Shown: piece by piece, positions 1 to 9,654 of the stretch | How the letters are laid out: each line of letters opens with the position of its first letter | How positions within the stretch are numbered: the stretch's first letter is position 1 | Virus record (IMG/VR): IMGVR_UViG_2811995017_000004 | Location: 62,001-126,000 of that record | DNA from: an uncultured virus (IMG/VR IMGVR_UViG_2811995017_000004) | Taxonomy: Duplodnaviria; Heunggongvirae; Uroviricota; Caudoviricetes | DNA length: 64,000 nt | Reading direction: 5' to 3' (one strand) | Translations under genes and position numbers: made by a program | The notes under the pieces: generated by a model | Seen by the model: only the letters and a program-made list of their open reading frames with translations | Database searches by the model: none | Told to the model about the DNA's origin: nothing

Positions 1-42
1 TCGAGTGTATCCATAAATCATAATTTGTTCCCCCTCATCGTT

Positions 43-279
43 TTAAATTTTTGTCACCGTTTCTTCTATTTCTAGCCCAGAGTTTAACCCATGAACTGTT
101 TCTGTAATTGCAGTAACACCCTCAATAGATTTCATATACAACTCAGTGAGTTCTCTAATTTTCGTCATAGTCTCATCCTGATTTCTAATATTCAGTTCCA
201 TTTGACACAAGACGCTATTGTCTTGATCTTTCAGTGTAACATTAAACCTTTCTAATTCAGCTTTCAGATTTTTAACCAT
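43..279 (-). CDS. hypothetical phage protein
   Basis: 78-aa ORF with purine-rich RBS. Confidence 0.6.
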   Translation of the reverse strand: MVKNLKAELERFNVTLKDQDNSVLCQMELNIRNQDETMTKIRELTELYMKSIEGVTAITETVHGLNSGLEIEETVTKI

Positions 280-579
280 TTGATTCCTCTTCCTTTAATC
301 AATAATACAAACACAATCTATGTATTCTCATTATTAATATTATACAACATAGGAAAGGATTAGTACCCAAAATGTGCGAGAGATAATACAAACACTGTTA
401 GTCCTAGACTTAAAACACCAATAAAGATCAAATTGTCTTTCCAATTTTCAATAATCAATCTTAATCACCCCATGTAATTATTTTTAATTCGATTAAATTG
501 GCCGTAATCATTGTCGGCTGCTGTTATGTCTGATTTATGTTTTGTTTATACTTTTAATTAGGATTAAAACGGTAATGCT

Positions 580-1029
580 TTATTCTTCATCGATGTAATC
601 GTACCAAGAGTATCCGAAAGGATCATAGCCGTTAACATTTAATTTTACGCCAGCTTTTTCAAAATCATCTAATGTCCAAACAGGTTTATCTTTTAATAAA
701 TTGTTCAATTTATCAAGCATATCTCCATTATAGTCGCCGCGAAAGCGTAGTTCATTGATTAGCTTTACATTGTCCGCTTTTTTGATAATAATTGCTGTTT
801 CAGTTTGAAAAACTCTTCCGATGCCACTTTCAATATCTTCTTCCTCAAGGTCATACCCTGAAACATTCACAAACACTACAGCATTTTCATCTTCATGCAA
901 TTCAAAAAAGTAGCTGAAATCATTGTTGTTTAATTTGTTTACTTCCATCAAACCTTCAATATCTTCAATCCTTTTATCACTGTTAAGCTCATTCCATTCG
1001 ATTTCAATTTTGACTTTGGGCAGTTTCAT
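580..1029 (-). CDS. acidic hypothetical phage protein
   Basis: 149-aa ORF with GAGGAG RBS. Confidence 0.75.
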   Translation of the reverse strand: MKLPKVKIEIEWNELNSDKRIEDIEGLMEVNKLNNNDFSYFFELHEDENAVVFVNVSGYDLEEEDIESGIGRVFQTETAIIIKKADNVKLINELRFRGDYNGDMLDKLNNLLKDKPVWTLDDFEKAGVKLNVNGYDPFGYSWYDYIDEE

Positions 1030-1122
1030 TTTGTCTCCTCATTTCTTTGATATTGATCTGTATTTGGATTTCGAAATTTGTTATTCTTATAAAGCTGACT
1101 TTATTTTTTGAAGGTGATTTTT

Positions 1123-1302
1123 ATGGAGAAAGAGTTTGAAACAAAGGGTTATGATACTTCTATTGTCTACGACTACAAAGAATATCCAGATGCTCATCAT
1201 GGCCGATGTGACAATTGTGACAATACCTTGTTTAAAAGCTCAGTTAAGGACGGCATATTCTTGCGGGAATGTCGCCGCTGCGGGATGAAGAAGAGTATTT
1301 AA
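1123..1302 (+). CDS. small zinc-ribbon protein
   Basis: CDNC...CRRC motif; AAGGTGA RBS before ATG 1123; opposite strand to neighbours. Confidence 0.7.
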   Translation: MEKEFETKGYDTSIVYDYKEYPDAHHGRCDNCDNTLFKSSVKDGIFLRECRRCGMKKSI

Positions 1303-1352
1303 CCGCTCTTCTTCCGCTGCCTGTTATGTTAAAATGCTTCTTTTATTTAAAG

Positions 1353-1574
1353 TTACTTAACGGGAAACATGTAGCTAACATAAACGTCAATATCCCCATT
1401 CTTAAATACTGCAACTTTATCAACATCAGGCTCAATTTTGTTTATAATCTCTTTAGCATCCTTGTTTTTCTTCGGTGTATTTGCAGTAACAATCCAATTC
1501 CAGTAATTCCATTCAGAAATACATGCCTTGATCTCTTCAGGGATTCTATGTCCGACTGTATAAGCCTTAATCAT
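1353..1574 (-). CDS. hypothetical protein
   Basis: 73-aa ORF overlapping the upstream stop (ATGA coupling). Confidence 0.65.
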   Translation of the reverse strand: MIKAYTVGHRIPEEIKACISEWNYWNWIVTANTPKKNKDAKEIINKIEPDVDKVAVFKNGDIDVYVSYMFPVK

Positions 1575-2083
1575 CCTGCAGCCTCCAATTCGTTCAACAT
1601 ATTCTTAACCCTTGCAATCTCTTCTTCTGAATGAACAGTACCGCCTGTGTTCAATTCAATATACCACTTAAGAACATCTTTCTTTGTAGGAAGATCGTTT
1701 ATAACAAACTCTAATGCAATCAAATTACTCAAACTATCTTCGTATTCACCTAAAAAGTGCCCAAATACAGGGATTTCATTATTGAGGAATCTTAAACATG
1801 CTGTTATTCTTTGTAAACCATCAACACATACAAATTCACCTTCAGGCTTTTTCATCCAACCTTTTTGATTCAGATAGACTGGAGTTGTTTTACCACCCCT
1901 CAATAAATGTTCAACGAATTTAACTTGCTGCTCTTCAGTCCATACATGACCGCGCTGAAAGTCTGGGTTAAGCTGCAACCCTTCTTCAATATACGTTTCT
2001 ATGGTGCTTTTTAAATATTTTAAAGGATGATGTACCCTATAGTTACCATCTTTCGTATAAGGTTTGATATCCGAAAATTTCAT
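1571..2083 (-). CDS. stand-alone DUF262 (ParB/GmrS-like) domain protein
   Basis: PDFQRGHVW and VDGLQRITA motifs, ELNTGG at C-terminus. Confidence 0.85.
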   Translation of the reverse strand: MKFSDIKPYTKDGNYRVHHPLKYLKSTIETYIEEGLQLNPDFQRGHVWTEEQQVKFVEHLLRGGKTTPVYLNQKGWMKKPEGEFVCVDGLQRITACLRFLNNEIPVFGHFLGEYEDSLSNLIALEFVINDLPTKKDVLKWYIELNTGGTVHSEEEIARVKNMLNELEAAG

Positions 2084-2132
2084 AAGTGATCTCCTCTCTA
2101 TGTATTAAAATCAAATGAAAGAGTTGTTTTAT

Positions 2133-2318
2133 TTAAACTTTTTGCAGTGTTTTAATATCATTAGCAGAAAGGCACTGCCATCCGTTTTCCTTTGTATACA
2201 AATCATACCGCCCTGTATCATTTAGAGTTTCTTTAATAGCGTCTATTGAGTTGAGATTCCATCCAATTGAAGGATCGTTTAAAAGCGTCTGACCATCATT
2301 CAAAATTATTCGCAACAT
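2133..2318 (-). CDS. hypothetical protein
   Basis: 61-aa ORF, AAGGAAGG RBS. Confidence 0.6.
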   Translation of the reverse strand: MLRIILNDGQTLLNDPSIGWNLNSIDAIKETLNDTGRYDLYTKENGWQCLSANDIKTLQKV

Positions 2319-2349
2319 ATACAGCGCCCTTCCTTATAAAATCGTAATT

Positions 2350-3590
2350 TTATATAAACTCTAACAATACAGTTGTAAAAATACCGATCAATGATGCAAT
2401 GAGTGATAAAGTTGCTATTAGTATAACTAAATTTTCCTTCTGAATAGAATAAGCCATTTTAATATGATCAAAGCATTCCTCATAGATAGTATTATATTTC
2501 TTTGTATATTGCCCATTTTCAAAACTAATTGAATCTTCTTCTTCCCCCCATAAAAAGGTGTCCAGTTTTCTAATAATTCTTTAGAATCGCGATAGCCCTG
2601 ATGTAGTTTATTATCATTTAATGAACGTATTTTGTTAATCAACCATTTATAATCGTTTAGGGAGACCCTCTTTTTTGAACCTGAAAAATATTTGTTAATC
2701 CTTGAGTCAATTTCAAAACTTTCTATTTTTTCGAATAGAAAATAATAAAAATCCATCCTATAATTAGAAAGTAGTTGCAAAAAATTCATTGCTGAATATG
2801 CACCAGAAAAGTACAAATTCATTTTTAATCCTTCTTCGCTCGTTAAATCAACAACCAGATATTTATTTTCAATTTCATAAGTTCTACAGAGAAAGACATC
2901 GTTAAAATACTCGTTTTTAAAATGTTCTTGAGGAACATAAACTGCGTTATATTGTGGCAAAATATATTCGCTTCCAAAATTCAATCTAAACGTATTTAAT
3001 AGCTTTGCTTGCAGGGCTGCATCTCTAACCTTAGAAATAGAATTATAAATCAAGGAATAATGCTCTGATCTAATTATTTTATCAATATCGTAACATCCAA
3101 AAAACTTTTTCTTGTAAAGCAGCTCTTTATTTTCTTTTATGAAATCAATCCAGAGCTCATGAGTCATAGATTTTTTAAATGAGATTCTAAATTCAACTAC
3201 TGCTTGATTATTATTTATTTGTGTAAAACCTGCTTCCACATCATCTATAAATAAATCATCTAAAAAAGTTACTTTGCATAACGACCGCGTACTAGAACGA
3301 TCGTATTGGATATTCAAATACATTAAATTCTTATATTTTTTAGGAATTAATGAAAGTTCAATTCTGTATTTTTTATTATTTAAATTATGTATTCCCTTTA
3401 TTAAATTGTTCAATTGTTTATTATTAAAAACATCAAAAAATGTAACTTCCCAAACACCTATATTATAGTTAGATAAAAGCTCTTCTTTATGAGTATTAAT
3501 GAATTCTAAATAGCTTTCATTACGCTCTATGGTTTCAAGAAATTTATTAATAAATTTTTCTCGGTATTTATGTATCTCTCTTTTTCGCAA
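2350..3590 (-). CDS. hypothetical protein with C-terminal membrane anchor (apparent frameshift in G-run near 2545)
   Basis: ORF 2427-3590; adding one G extends it to LVILIATLSLIASLIGIFTTVLLEFI and a stop at 2350-2352. Confidence 0.65.
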
Positions 3591-3638
3591 AAAGCATCAC
3601 CCTTATTCCAATTACTATTACTATATAAAAGACTGGTT

Positions 3639-3950
3639 TTATTCTAACTCTTGATCAGAAGAATCTTTCTTTTCCTTTTTGCTTTCCTTGATCTTATGTA
3701 GCAGCTCATTCATTTCTTTAGCATCGTCTTCAGGAAGCAAATCAGACTTTAAAAGAAATTCGTTTGCTTCCCCAACCACATGCGCGGTCATTTCCAAACA
3801 CTCAAAATGGATCTTGGATAATTCGCGGAGCTCTTCTTTTGTAATTGATCCATCATGCAGTTTAAACAGCAACTCTTTCAATCTTTCGACATGTGTGCTA
3901 AAAATTAAAGATCTAACTGAAGTTGAGCTGTTATCCATTTGATTTATCAT
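3639..3950 (-). CDS. hypothetical helical protein
   Basis: 103-aa ORF. Confidence 0.6.
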   Translation of the reverse strand: MINQMDNSSTSVRSLIFSTHVERLKELLFKLHDGSITKEELRELSKIHFECLEMTAHVVGEANEFLLKSDLLPEDDAKEMNELLHKIKESKKEKKDSSDQELE

Positions 3951-4039
3951 CCTTTTTCAATGACTTAAGAAACCCACAAAAATCTCTCTAATGATTCCTT
4001 TAAAAGTATGATTTCATTCAAACTTACTTTGAGATAAAC

Positions 4040-4255
4040 TCACTCATCTTTTTCGAATTTTATTAAATCACCTGGTTCACAGTTGAAATGCTTACAAAGC
4101 TTATCAAGCAATTCCCGTGGGTATCGTTCCATGTCATCGTTGTACATTTTTCTCACAGTTTCTTTCCCATGATTTATTTCGGCACTTAACCGAGAAATTG
4201 AGATACCTGCTTCATCTGCGATAGCCTTTAAATTTGATCTAATCATTTTTCTCAC
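4040..4255 (-). CDS. Cro/C1-type helix-turn-helix regulator
   Basis: SISRLSAEI...[16 protein letters not shown] is a typical XRE/Cro HTH. Confidence 0.85.
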   Translation of the reverse strand: MRKMIRSNLKAIADEAGISISRLSAEINHGKETVRKMYNDDMERYPRELLDKLCKHFNCEPGDLIKFEKDE

Positions 4256-4265
4256 CTCTTATTCA

Positions 4266-4294
4266 ACTTTACTTTGACTACTTAAAAACGTCAA
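4266..4294 (-). promoter_or_regulatory. sigmaA-type promoter with palindromic operator upstream of the HTH gene
   Basis: Minus strand TTGACG-N17-TAAAGT; TTGAC...GTCAA dyad overlaps the -35. Confidence 0.65.
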
Positions 4295-4318
4295 TCAAAA
4301 TTTTCCTATTTCAGAAAA

Positions 4319-4486
4319 TGCCCGTGATTTTTCAAGTTGGCTGTTATATCGTTTCCGCAAAAATTGCCCGCAACTTTTTACCGCTGCTGTTATACTGTTT
4401 TAATTTTTTTAGTGAGCTATGTGGCATCTTAAAAAATCCATTTGTGTACAAAATTTTGCCCGCAATAAAGGATAAGAGCTGTTATA
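4319..4486. repeat. three bipartite repeats TGCCCG-N16-CTGTTATA
   Basis: Copies at 4319-4348, 4365-4394 and 4457-4486, each with an exact 16-nt spacer. Confidence 0.85.
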
Positions 4487-4644
4487 CGCTTTATAAAGGG
4501 TATCCCTTTTTGGTTGCTTTAAACTCTTTTTAAAATGGTGTTTTTATTCAATTCTGTCGCCTTTCTTTTTGATTTTCTTTGAACAGCACGATCACCATTT
4601 ACTCAATAATAGTACGGCCGTGTAAATGTGGGTCAAGATCAACC

Positions 4645-4851
4645 TTATAAACGATTTTCGTTTTTTGTTTGGTTAACTTTTTCAGCTTTATCAGAAGACG
4701 CTTTAATCCTTTCACTAACCTGCTTAAATTGTTCTTTTGCCTCTGGGGTCTCTAAAGCTCCAAAGAACTTATCAGCAAACTCATCCCCTAAAGTCTCCGC
4801 CGACCGCTTCTTAAATTCTTCTTTATCCTTATCCAACTTTAACCCTCCCAC
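4645..4851 (-). CDS. hypothetical protein
   Basis: 68-aa ORF; may extend past an A-run frameshift. Confidence 0.5.
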   Translation of the reverse strand: MGGLKLDKDKEEFKKRSAETLGDEFADKFFGALETPEAKEQFKQVSERIKASSDKAEKVNQTKNENRL

Positions 4852-4968
4852 TCTTTTTGTTGCTTAAATATTAACATCTTTAACGGCATCATTCATTAAT
4901 TAATCAAATTACACTTTATAAACACAGTAGCAGCCACCCGAAAACAACGTTCGTCATTTTAATTTGTT

Positions 4969-5181
4969 TTAATGATAGCAAGGCAGCTCCGCGCACCATT
5001 CAAGATAATCGTTAATACTGCCGCCATACTGCTGTTGGTATTCAATATAGCCTTCCGCAAGCTCATCTAGTACCTGTTCCTGGCTTCCCCATTCTTTGGA
5101 CAAGTCTGAAGACTCTGGAGAAAGCAAGTACAATTTAATTTGCTCTCTTGTTACTTGGAATTGATTGTTATGTAAGATCAT
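4969..5181 (-). CDS. hypothetical protein
   Basis: 70-aa ORF, GAGGAG RBS. Confidence 0.7.
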   Translation of the reverse strand: MILHNNQFQVTREQIKLYLLSPESSDLSKEWGSQEQVLDELAEGYIEYQQQYGGSINDYLEWCAELPCYH

Positions 5182-5224
5182 TGATTAACTCCTCTTTCTT
5201 GTTATATTAAAACAAAGTATACTT

Positions 5225-5641
5225 TCAAATATTTCTTAACCTTTGTGCTAATGCTTGTTGATATTTTTTCCCTTCCTCAGTAGCTGAACAGTCAATTAAA
5301 TTAAGTGTATGCCCACCTTTTTCTATAGCCTCTAATAATTGATCTCCAACATCGCGGTTAACCCATTTCTTATGTTTTCTTTCGAACATGTACGAAAAAC
5401 CAAAATTGTTTTGGGTATATAAGTTAACTTTACAACTATAAGAAAGACTCTCTATTGCTATTTTAGAAGCCAAAATAATTGATCTGTTTTGTGTCCTCTC
5501 TAAGCAAGTAAAATATGTTTCCTTCGCTATTTCTTTATATCTATGTATTACAACAGCCTTTCCGGATTCAGCAGGCGCTTTCTGTAAGACTCTAACGAAT
5601 ATATCAATTTCCATCATAGACATAATATTCACCTTTTCCAA
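5225..5641 (-). CDS. hypothetical protein
   Basis: 138-aa ORF; true start may be the internal Met after AAGGTGA. Confidence 0.65.
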   Translation of the reverse strand: MEKVNIMSMMEIDIFVRVLQKAPAESGKAVVIHRYKEIAKETYFTCLERTQNRSIILASKIAIESLSYSCKVNLYTQNNFGFSYMFERKHKKWVNRDVGDQLLEAIEKGGHTLNLIDCSATEEGKKYQQALAQRLRNI

Positions 5642-5661
5642 AGATTTTATATTATATCCAA

Positions 5662-5907
5662 TTATCCCACATATTCCTTGAAATGCTCAATATCATTTAA
5701 GATAAAACTCCGTGTCATTGATATTTTTCTATACAGAGCAAGGACTTTTCTATTTTCCCTTTCCCATTCAGGATTTTTCAAAATGGGAATACAAAACTCT
5801 TTTTCTAGCTCTGTCATGAGAATGGCAAGTTTTTCATCTTTTGTTTTTTCTGTAAAATTAGAATTTAAAATATCTTCGTATCGATTTTGATATTCTGACA
5901 ATATCAT
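5662..5907 (-). CDS. hypothetical protein
   Basis: 81-aa ORF, GGAGG RBS. Confidence 0.7.
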   Translation of the reverse strand: MILSEYQNRYEDILNSNFTEKTKDEKLAILMTELEKEFCIPILKNPEWERENRKVLALYRKISMTRSFILNDIEHFKEYVG

Positions 5908-6033
5908 TGTCTCATTCCTCCATTCTGTCTAAACTGCTCCTTATCAGTAATTGCAATTACATGTTTCATGACTTCTCCACATTCTGGACATTATCAAGCA
6001 TTCTTTACCCTCCTATCTGTTTGAACAACTGTT

Positions 6034-6247
6034 TTATTTTCTGTAAAGCAAACCGCTTTTTAGTTCTACATTAAGTATTTCTAAAGAATCTTTGTCAAAT
6101 TCAACAGGGCTTGACTGCATATAATCTATATAAAAATCAAGAGCATGATCAGGATTACAAAAAAAACTCGCTGCACCATTTGCTGTATTCTACCTCTGTT
6201 TTATCGGTTATAGGTTTACCACACTGTCCGCACTTTATTTTTCTCAT
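6034..6247 (-). CDS. small Cys/His zinc-finger protein (apparent extra base in homopolymer near 6160)
   Basis: MRKIKCGQCGKP...EFF(C)NPDHA; removing one T restores the frame to a stop at 6034-6036. Confidence 0.55.
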
Positions 6248-6288
6248 TAGAAAAAAGTCCTTTCTGTTTAGAACTGCTGTTTTATTCA

Positions 6289-6531
6289 TTAGTTTTCAAA
6301 AATCAGTTTTGTTTTATTGCCTATTAAAGAATCTGATAATATAACATTTTCATATTCGTCATATTCTAACTTAGAAAGATAAACTTTAAAGCCTTTTTTA
6401 TTGCTTGATTTTATCAGATTTACGAGTTTTTCTGCTTCATTAAGCGCACTATTTTCAGTTAAAAAACTATTCATTTTTTCCCCGCCGTTATTGGATTTCA
6501 ACACTACGCCGTAAAGAGTTTTAATATTCAT
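6289..6531 (-). CDS. hypothetical protein
   Basis: 80-aa ORF, AGGAGG RBS. Confidence 0.7.
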   Translation of the reverse strand: MNIKTLYGVVLKSNNGGEKMNSFLTENSALNEAEKLVNLIKSSNKKGFKVYLSKLEYDEYENVILSDSLIGNKTKLIFEN

Positions 6532-6803
6532 AATATCATTTACCTCCTATGTAAAATTGTTGTTTTATTTAGAGTCCAAGTACCTTTTAGCTACTTCATC
6601 AATGTGCTTTTCAAGCCCTCCAATTGTTGCTCGTGTATTATTTCTCGCACATTCTCGAATATAGATCGTTACGTTTTCGCCTAATTCTGTGAGCCAATTT
6701 TCTCCACACTGTCCTTCATATGCTTTTCTTTCATACGATTCCAGCTTTTTCTACAAATCTTTTTCCCCATTTCAACCTTCTCCATTCTGTTTAAATTACT
6801 GTT

Positions 6804-7073
6804 TTATTCATCCTTAGAAAATTGTCTATTGAAAAGTTCAATCGCTCTATCATAGGTTGCTAATTGTGCGAGATGTTTGTCAATATTACTGCCATTTCCT
6901 TGCAAGCCATCCGATATATATAATTGCTGATTGTTTTTTAACTTTGATTCTAAATTATCTAACATGTTACGAATGCTTGAAATTTCATTCTCTAATCGCA
7001 TTTTAGCCTGTTCTCTTTCTGCTTCAAGTATAACTAGGTTCCTATTTTCTTTCGTCATATCATTCTCTTTCAT
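6804..7073 (-). CDS. hypothetical coiled-coil protein
   Basis: 89-aa ORF, GGGGAG RBS. Confidence 0.7.
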   Translation of the reverse strand: MKENDMTKENRNLVILEAEREQAKMRLENEISSIRNMLDNLESKLKNNQQLYISDGLQGNGSNIDKHLAQLATYDRAIELFNRQFSKDE

Positions 7074-7106
7074 TTCAATCTCCCCGTTCTGTTTAAAATA
7101 TGCATT

Positions 7107-7301
7107 TTATTTATTTAGTAGTTGATACACGTTTTCCATACTGTCCATCATGTCAGGAAACACTGTATGAAATACTTCTAGGTCATACTCTTCTAAAAGC
7201 ACATTTTCTAATTCTTCGTACTTCTCATCAATTTCTAGTTCGTATTCTCTAGCTACCATTAACATTGATTTAAATGCATGAATTAAATCAATTTCATTCA
7301 T
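7107..7301 (-). CDS. hypothetical acidic protein
   Basis: ORF from MNEIDL with AAGGA RBS. Confidence 0.65.
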   Translation of the reverse strand: MNEIDLIHAFKSMLMVAREYELEIDEKYEELENVLLEEYDLEVFHTVFPDMMDSMENVYQLLNK

Positions 7302-7455
7302 ATTATCATTCCTTTTCTTTTTAATTCGCATTTTAATCGCGATAAATAATATAGAGTTATTCCTGTTGCAACCTACCCAATAAGGGGAACGCTGGCGGCT
7401 TAATGCCTAGTTAACGTCACCGCCACGACTGTTATACTGTGTCTGATATATCCTT

Positions 7456-7668
7456 TTAATTTGTTTTATTTTTATTTAATAAGCTTTTTTGTGTCATTAC
7501 CCAGTCACCGATTTTTTCAACCACTTCACAGAAATCATTATCAAATGGATAATCATCACAAAGATTACTATCTGTTATGCTGTCGGCTTGCTCCCAAGAT
7601 TCCCGGATTTCATATGCTGAATTTTTGAACTGCATTAATGCGTTTATTAATTTTTCGTTGTGTGTCAT
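7456..7668 (-). CDS. hypothetical protein
   Basis: ORF from MTHNEK with GGGAAGGA RBS. Confidence 0.65.
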   Translation of the reverse strand: MTHNEKLINALMQFKNSAYEIRESWEQADSITDSNLCDDYPFDNDFCEVVEKIGDWVMTQKSLLNKNKTN

Positions 7669-7700
7669 TGTTAAATCCTTCCCATCTATGTAAAATATCT

Positions 7701-8141
7701 TTACTCGCAATATTCTTCTGTTACACTGATTTCAAAAGAACTGTTATCACTCTCTACACTGCTAGTATTTAAACCTTTCATAAACTCGTAGCCCCATGTG
7801 TGCCCTTCTCTCCCTCTGTTGTGAATATGCAGAGTATAGACAACAAACACCCTGTTAGGCTCTTCGGCTTCTTCCCACTTCCTCCCGCTGAATTTCTCCC
7901 ATTCTTCCACCTGTTGCGGGGTAGGATATGCAATTAATTTATATTCGTACTCGTCTTGGACAAAATCTATTTTCTCGGCTTCTGTGTACTGTTTAAATTT
8001 TGTTTCGAACTCCTCGGCTTCTTCATTAGTCCAATCATTAGAAAGATAATCTTGAACTAAGTCGTCGAAAATATCGTTTAACGTTGTATGGTGTGAAAAT
8101 TCTCCTGTCTGAAGATCTTTAATGATATACTGTTTTGTCAT
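7701..8141 (-). CDS. hypothetical acidic protein
   Basis: ORF from MTKQY with GGAG RBS. Confidence 0.7.
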   Translation of the reverse strand: MTKQYIIKDLQTGEFSHHTTLNDIFDDLVQDYLSNDWTNEEAEEFETKFKQYTEAEKIDFVQDEYEYKLIAYPTPQQVEEWEKFSGRKWEEAEEPNRVFVVYTLHIHNRGREGHTWGYEFMKGLNTSSVESDNSSFEISVTEEYCE

Positions 8142-8161
8142 TTTAACCGCTCCATTCTTTT

Positions 8162-8512
8162 TCAATTAACATATGTTTCAAACTCATCTGCTAAGCTAGC
8201 ATTAAAAAATCTTACAGCGTCAATAAAATAGTGAACTCCATTTTTAAACTCTTTTATTTTATCGATATCATTTTTTTCTTTAGCTCTGTTTAGGAATTTC
8301 AATTCACTATAGAATTCTTTTCTTATTTCATCATCGGATAGAGTAATCTCTCTCTCATAATCTCTTGCTGGCTTGTTGATTTCATCTCTTTTAACTCCAA
8401 ACGCTTTCATGATTATTGCTATTTGTATCATTACTCTTGTACTATGCTCTCGTGTACTTAAATTTTGAGTACCTAAATCATTTACTTTTTCCATTAACTT
8501 TTTATTTCTCAT
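8162..8512 (-). CDS. hypothetical protein
   Basis: 116-aa ORF, GGAGAGGG RBS, downstream of the 8588-8616 promoter. Confidence 0.75.
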   Translation of the reverse strand: MRNKKLMEKVNDLGTQNLSTREHSTRVMIQIAIIMKAFGVKRDEINKPARDYEREITLSDDEIRKEFYSELKFLNRAKEKNDIDKIKEFKNGVHYFIDAVRFFNASLADEFETYVN

Positions 8513-8587
8513 TTCCCTCTCCCCTTTTCAAATTTTACTTTTAATTAGTGTTTTGGGTTTTTATTAATCGCTTTTTCTTATGTTTTT

Positions 8588-8616
8588 ATTATACTACGAC
8601 TATTTTAAATAGTCAA
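8588..8616 (-). promoter_or_regulatory. sigmaA promoter with GACTA...TAGTC operator
   Basis: TTGACT-N17-TATAAT on the minus strand. Confidence 0.8.
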
Positions 8617-8625
8617 CACATCTTT

Positions 8626-8883
8626 TTAATTTATTTTTAATTCGTCTTTGATTTCTCTTAAACATTCTAGAATTAAAGAAAATTTATCATCAGGAAACAT
8701 TTTGTACCCTACAGCATCAACTTTAATCAGCTTGCATAAGGATTCTTTATAATGTTCTTTAAGCTCTTGAGCTTGCCTTTGTTTATTCATGATATCAATT
8801 TCAAATTGATCACGATTTAAACCGTATTTGCTTGATGGATCGCCTACACGCTTGCTATACATGAACCCAACTCTTTTTCTCAT
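8626..8883 (-). CDS. hypothetical protein
   Basis: 85-aa ORF. Confidence 0.65.
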   Translation of the reverse strand: MRKRVGFMYSKRVGDPSSKYGLNRDQFEIDIMNKQRQAQELKEHYKESLCKLIKVDAVGYKMFPDDKFSLILECLREIKDELKIN

Positions 8884-8889
8884 ATATCC

Positions 8890-9591
8890 TTACCACCTTG
8901 TTATATTAATTATTGGTGTTAAATTAGTTGAGTTTGCCGCATCTGTTATAAACCGAGCGTCAAAAGCTCCATATCTGCTTTGTTTTACAATCAAGTCCGC
9001 TGTCTCGCTTACTACTTCTGTAGCTCTTGGATCGATGTCATGCCACCCTTTATAAACAATCAATGTATTAACAGGTGTAAACACTTCCTTATAATCAGTG
9101 CGTTTACGCTTCACCCTGTGAGTTAGAAAAAGACTGTATTTATATTGAGCATAAGCTTCTACTGACACATCTTTGACAACTGTTTGCGTAACACTTGGAA
9201 AACCAAAGTCATCATATTCAAGCATTGTTACCCTCTCGCCTTTTAAGGGTTCAAGTTGCCTAGCCGCTTCGGTGAATGTTTTTTTGTCTTCGCGATACAT
9301 AAATGATTCTAAAAGATCAGTAACACAGTTCCCCGGATACATTCCTTTGAAATCGTAAATCATCATAGGAAATTTGTATTTTTTATCAAAGTCTTTTTCG
9401 ATTTCCGTTTGTTCAAGCATTTCAAAGAATGTTTGTTTCACCTTCTTTTGCTGCTCCTCTGTCATATCTCCATAGACACAATGATCAACACTAAAGACAG
9501 CCTCCGCAAAGCAATCTAAGATAATATTTTCAAAAAAGTCTACCGGGCTCATTTCTTGCCCTTTGTATGTATAAGTTTTCATGCATATCAC
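8890..9591 (-). CDS. hypothetical protein
   Basis: 233-aa ORF downstream of the 9626-9654 promoter. Confidence 0.75.
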   Translation of the reverse strand: MICMKTYTYKGQEMSPVDFFENIILDCFAEAVFSVDHCVYGDMTEEQQKKVKQTFFEMLEQTEIEKDFDKKYKFPMMIYDFKGMYPGNCVTDLLESFMYREDKKTFTEAARQLEPLKGERVTMLEYDDFGFPSVTQTVVKDVSVEAYAQYKYSLFLTHRVKRKRTDYKEVFTPVNTLIVYKGWHDIDPRATEVVSETADLIVKQSRYGAFDARFITDAANSTNLTPIINITRW

Positions 9592-9625
9592 TCTCTTCTA
9601 TAACTTTTAATTTGCTTATGTCTTT

Positions 9626-9654
9626 ATTATAAGACGACTATGTTAAATAGTCAA
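9626..9654 (-). promoter_or_regulatory. sigmaA promoter with GACTA...TAGTC operator
   Basis: TTGACT-N17-TATAAT on the minus strand. Confidence 0.8.

Larger units (their letters stand above)
1330..7335. repeat. dispersed 16-bp TAAAA-N6-TTTTA sites at gene 3' ends
   Basis: Perfect copies start at 1330, 2337, 3626, 4531, 6552, 7094; near-perfect copies at 2116, 4001, 5212, 6021, 6269, 6791, 7320. Confidence 0.85.

Noticed and set aside
4319..4486. CRISPR mini-array
   Set aside because: Conserved boxes are only 6-8 nt, the period is irregular and no cas genes are present
7370..7440. GC-rich stem TGGCGG/CCGCCA as an ncRNA
   Set aside because: A single stem with no clear promoter-terminator frame; not enough support
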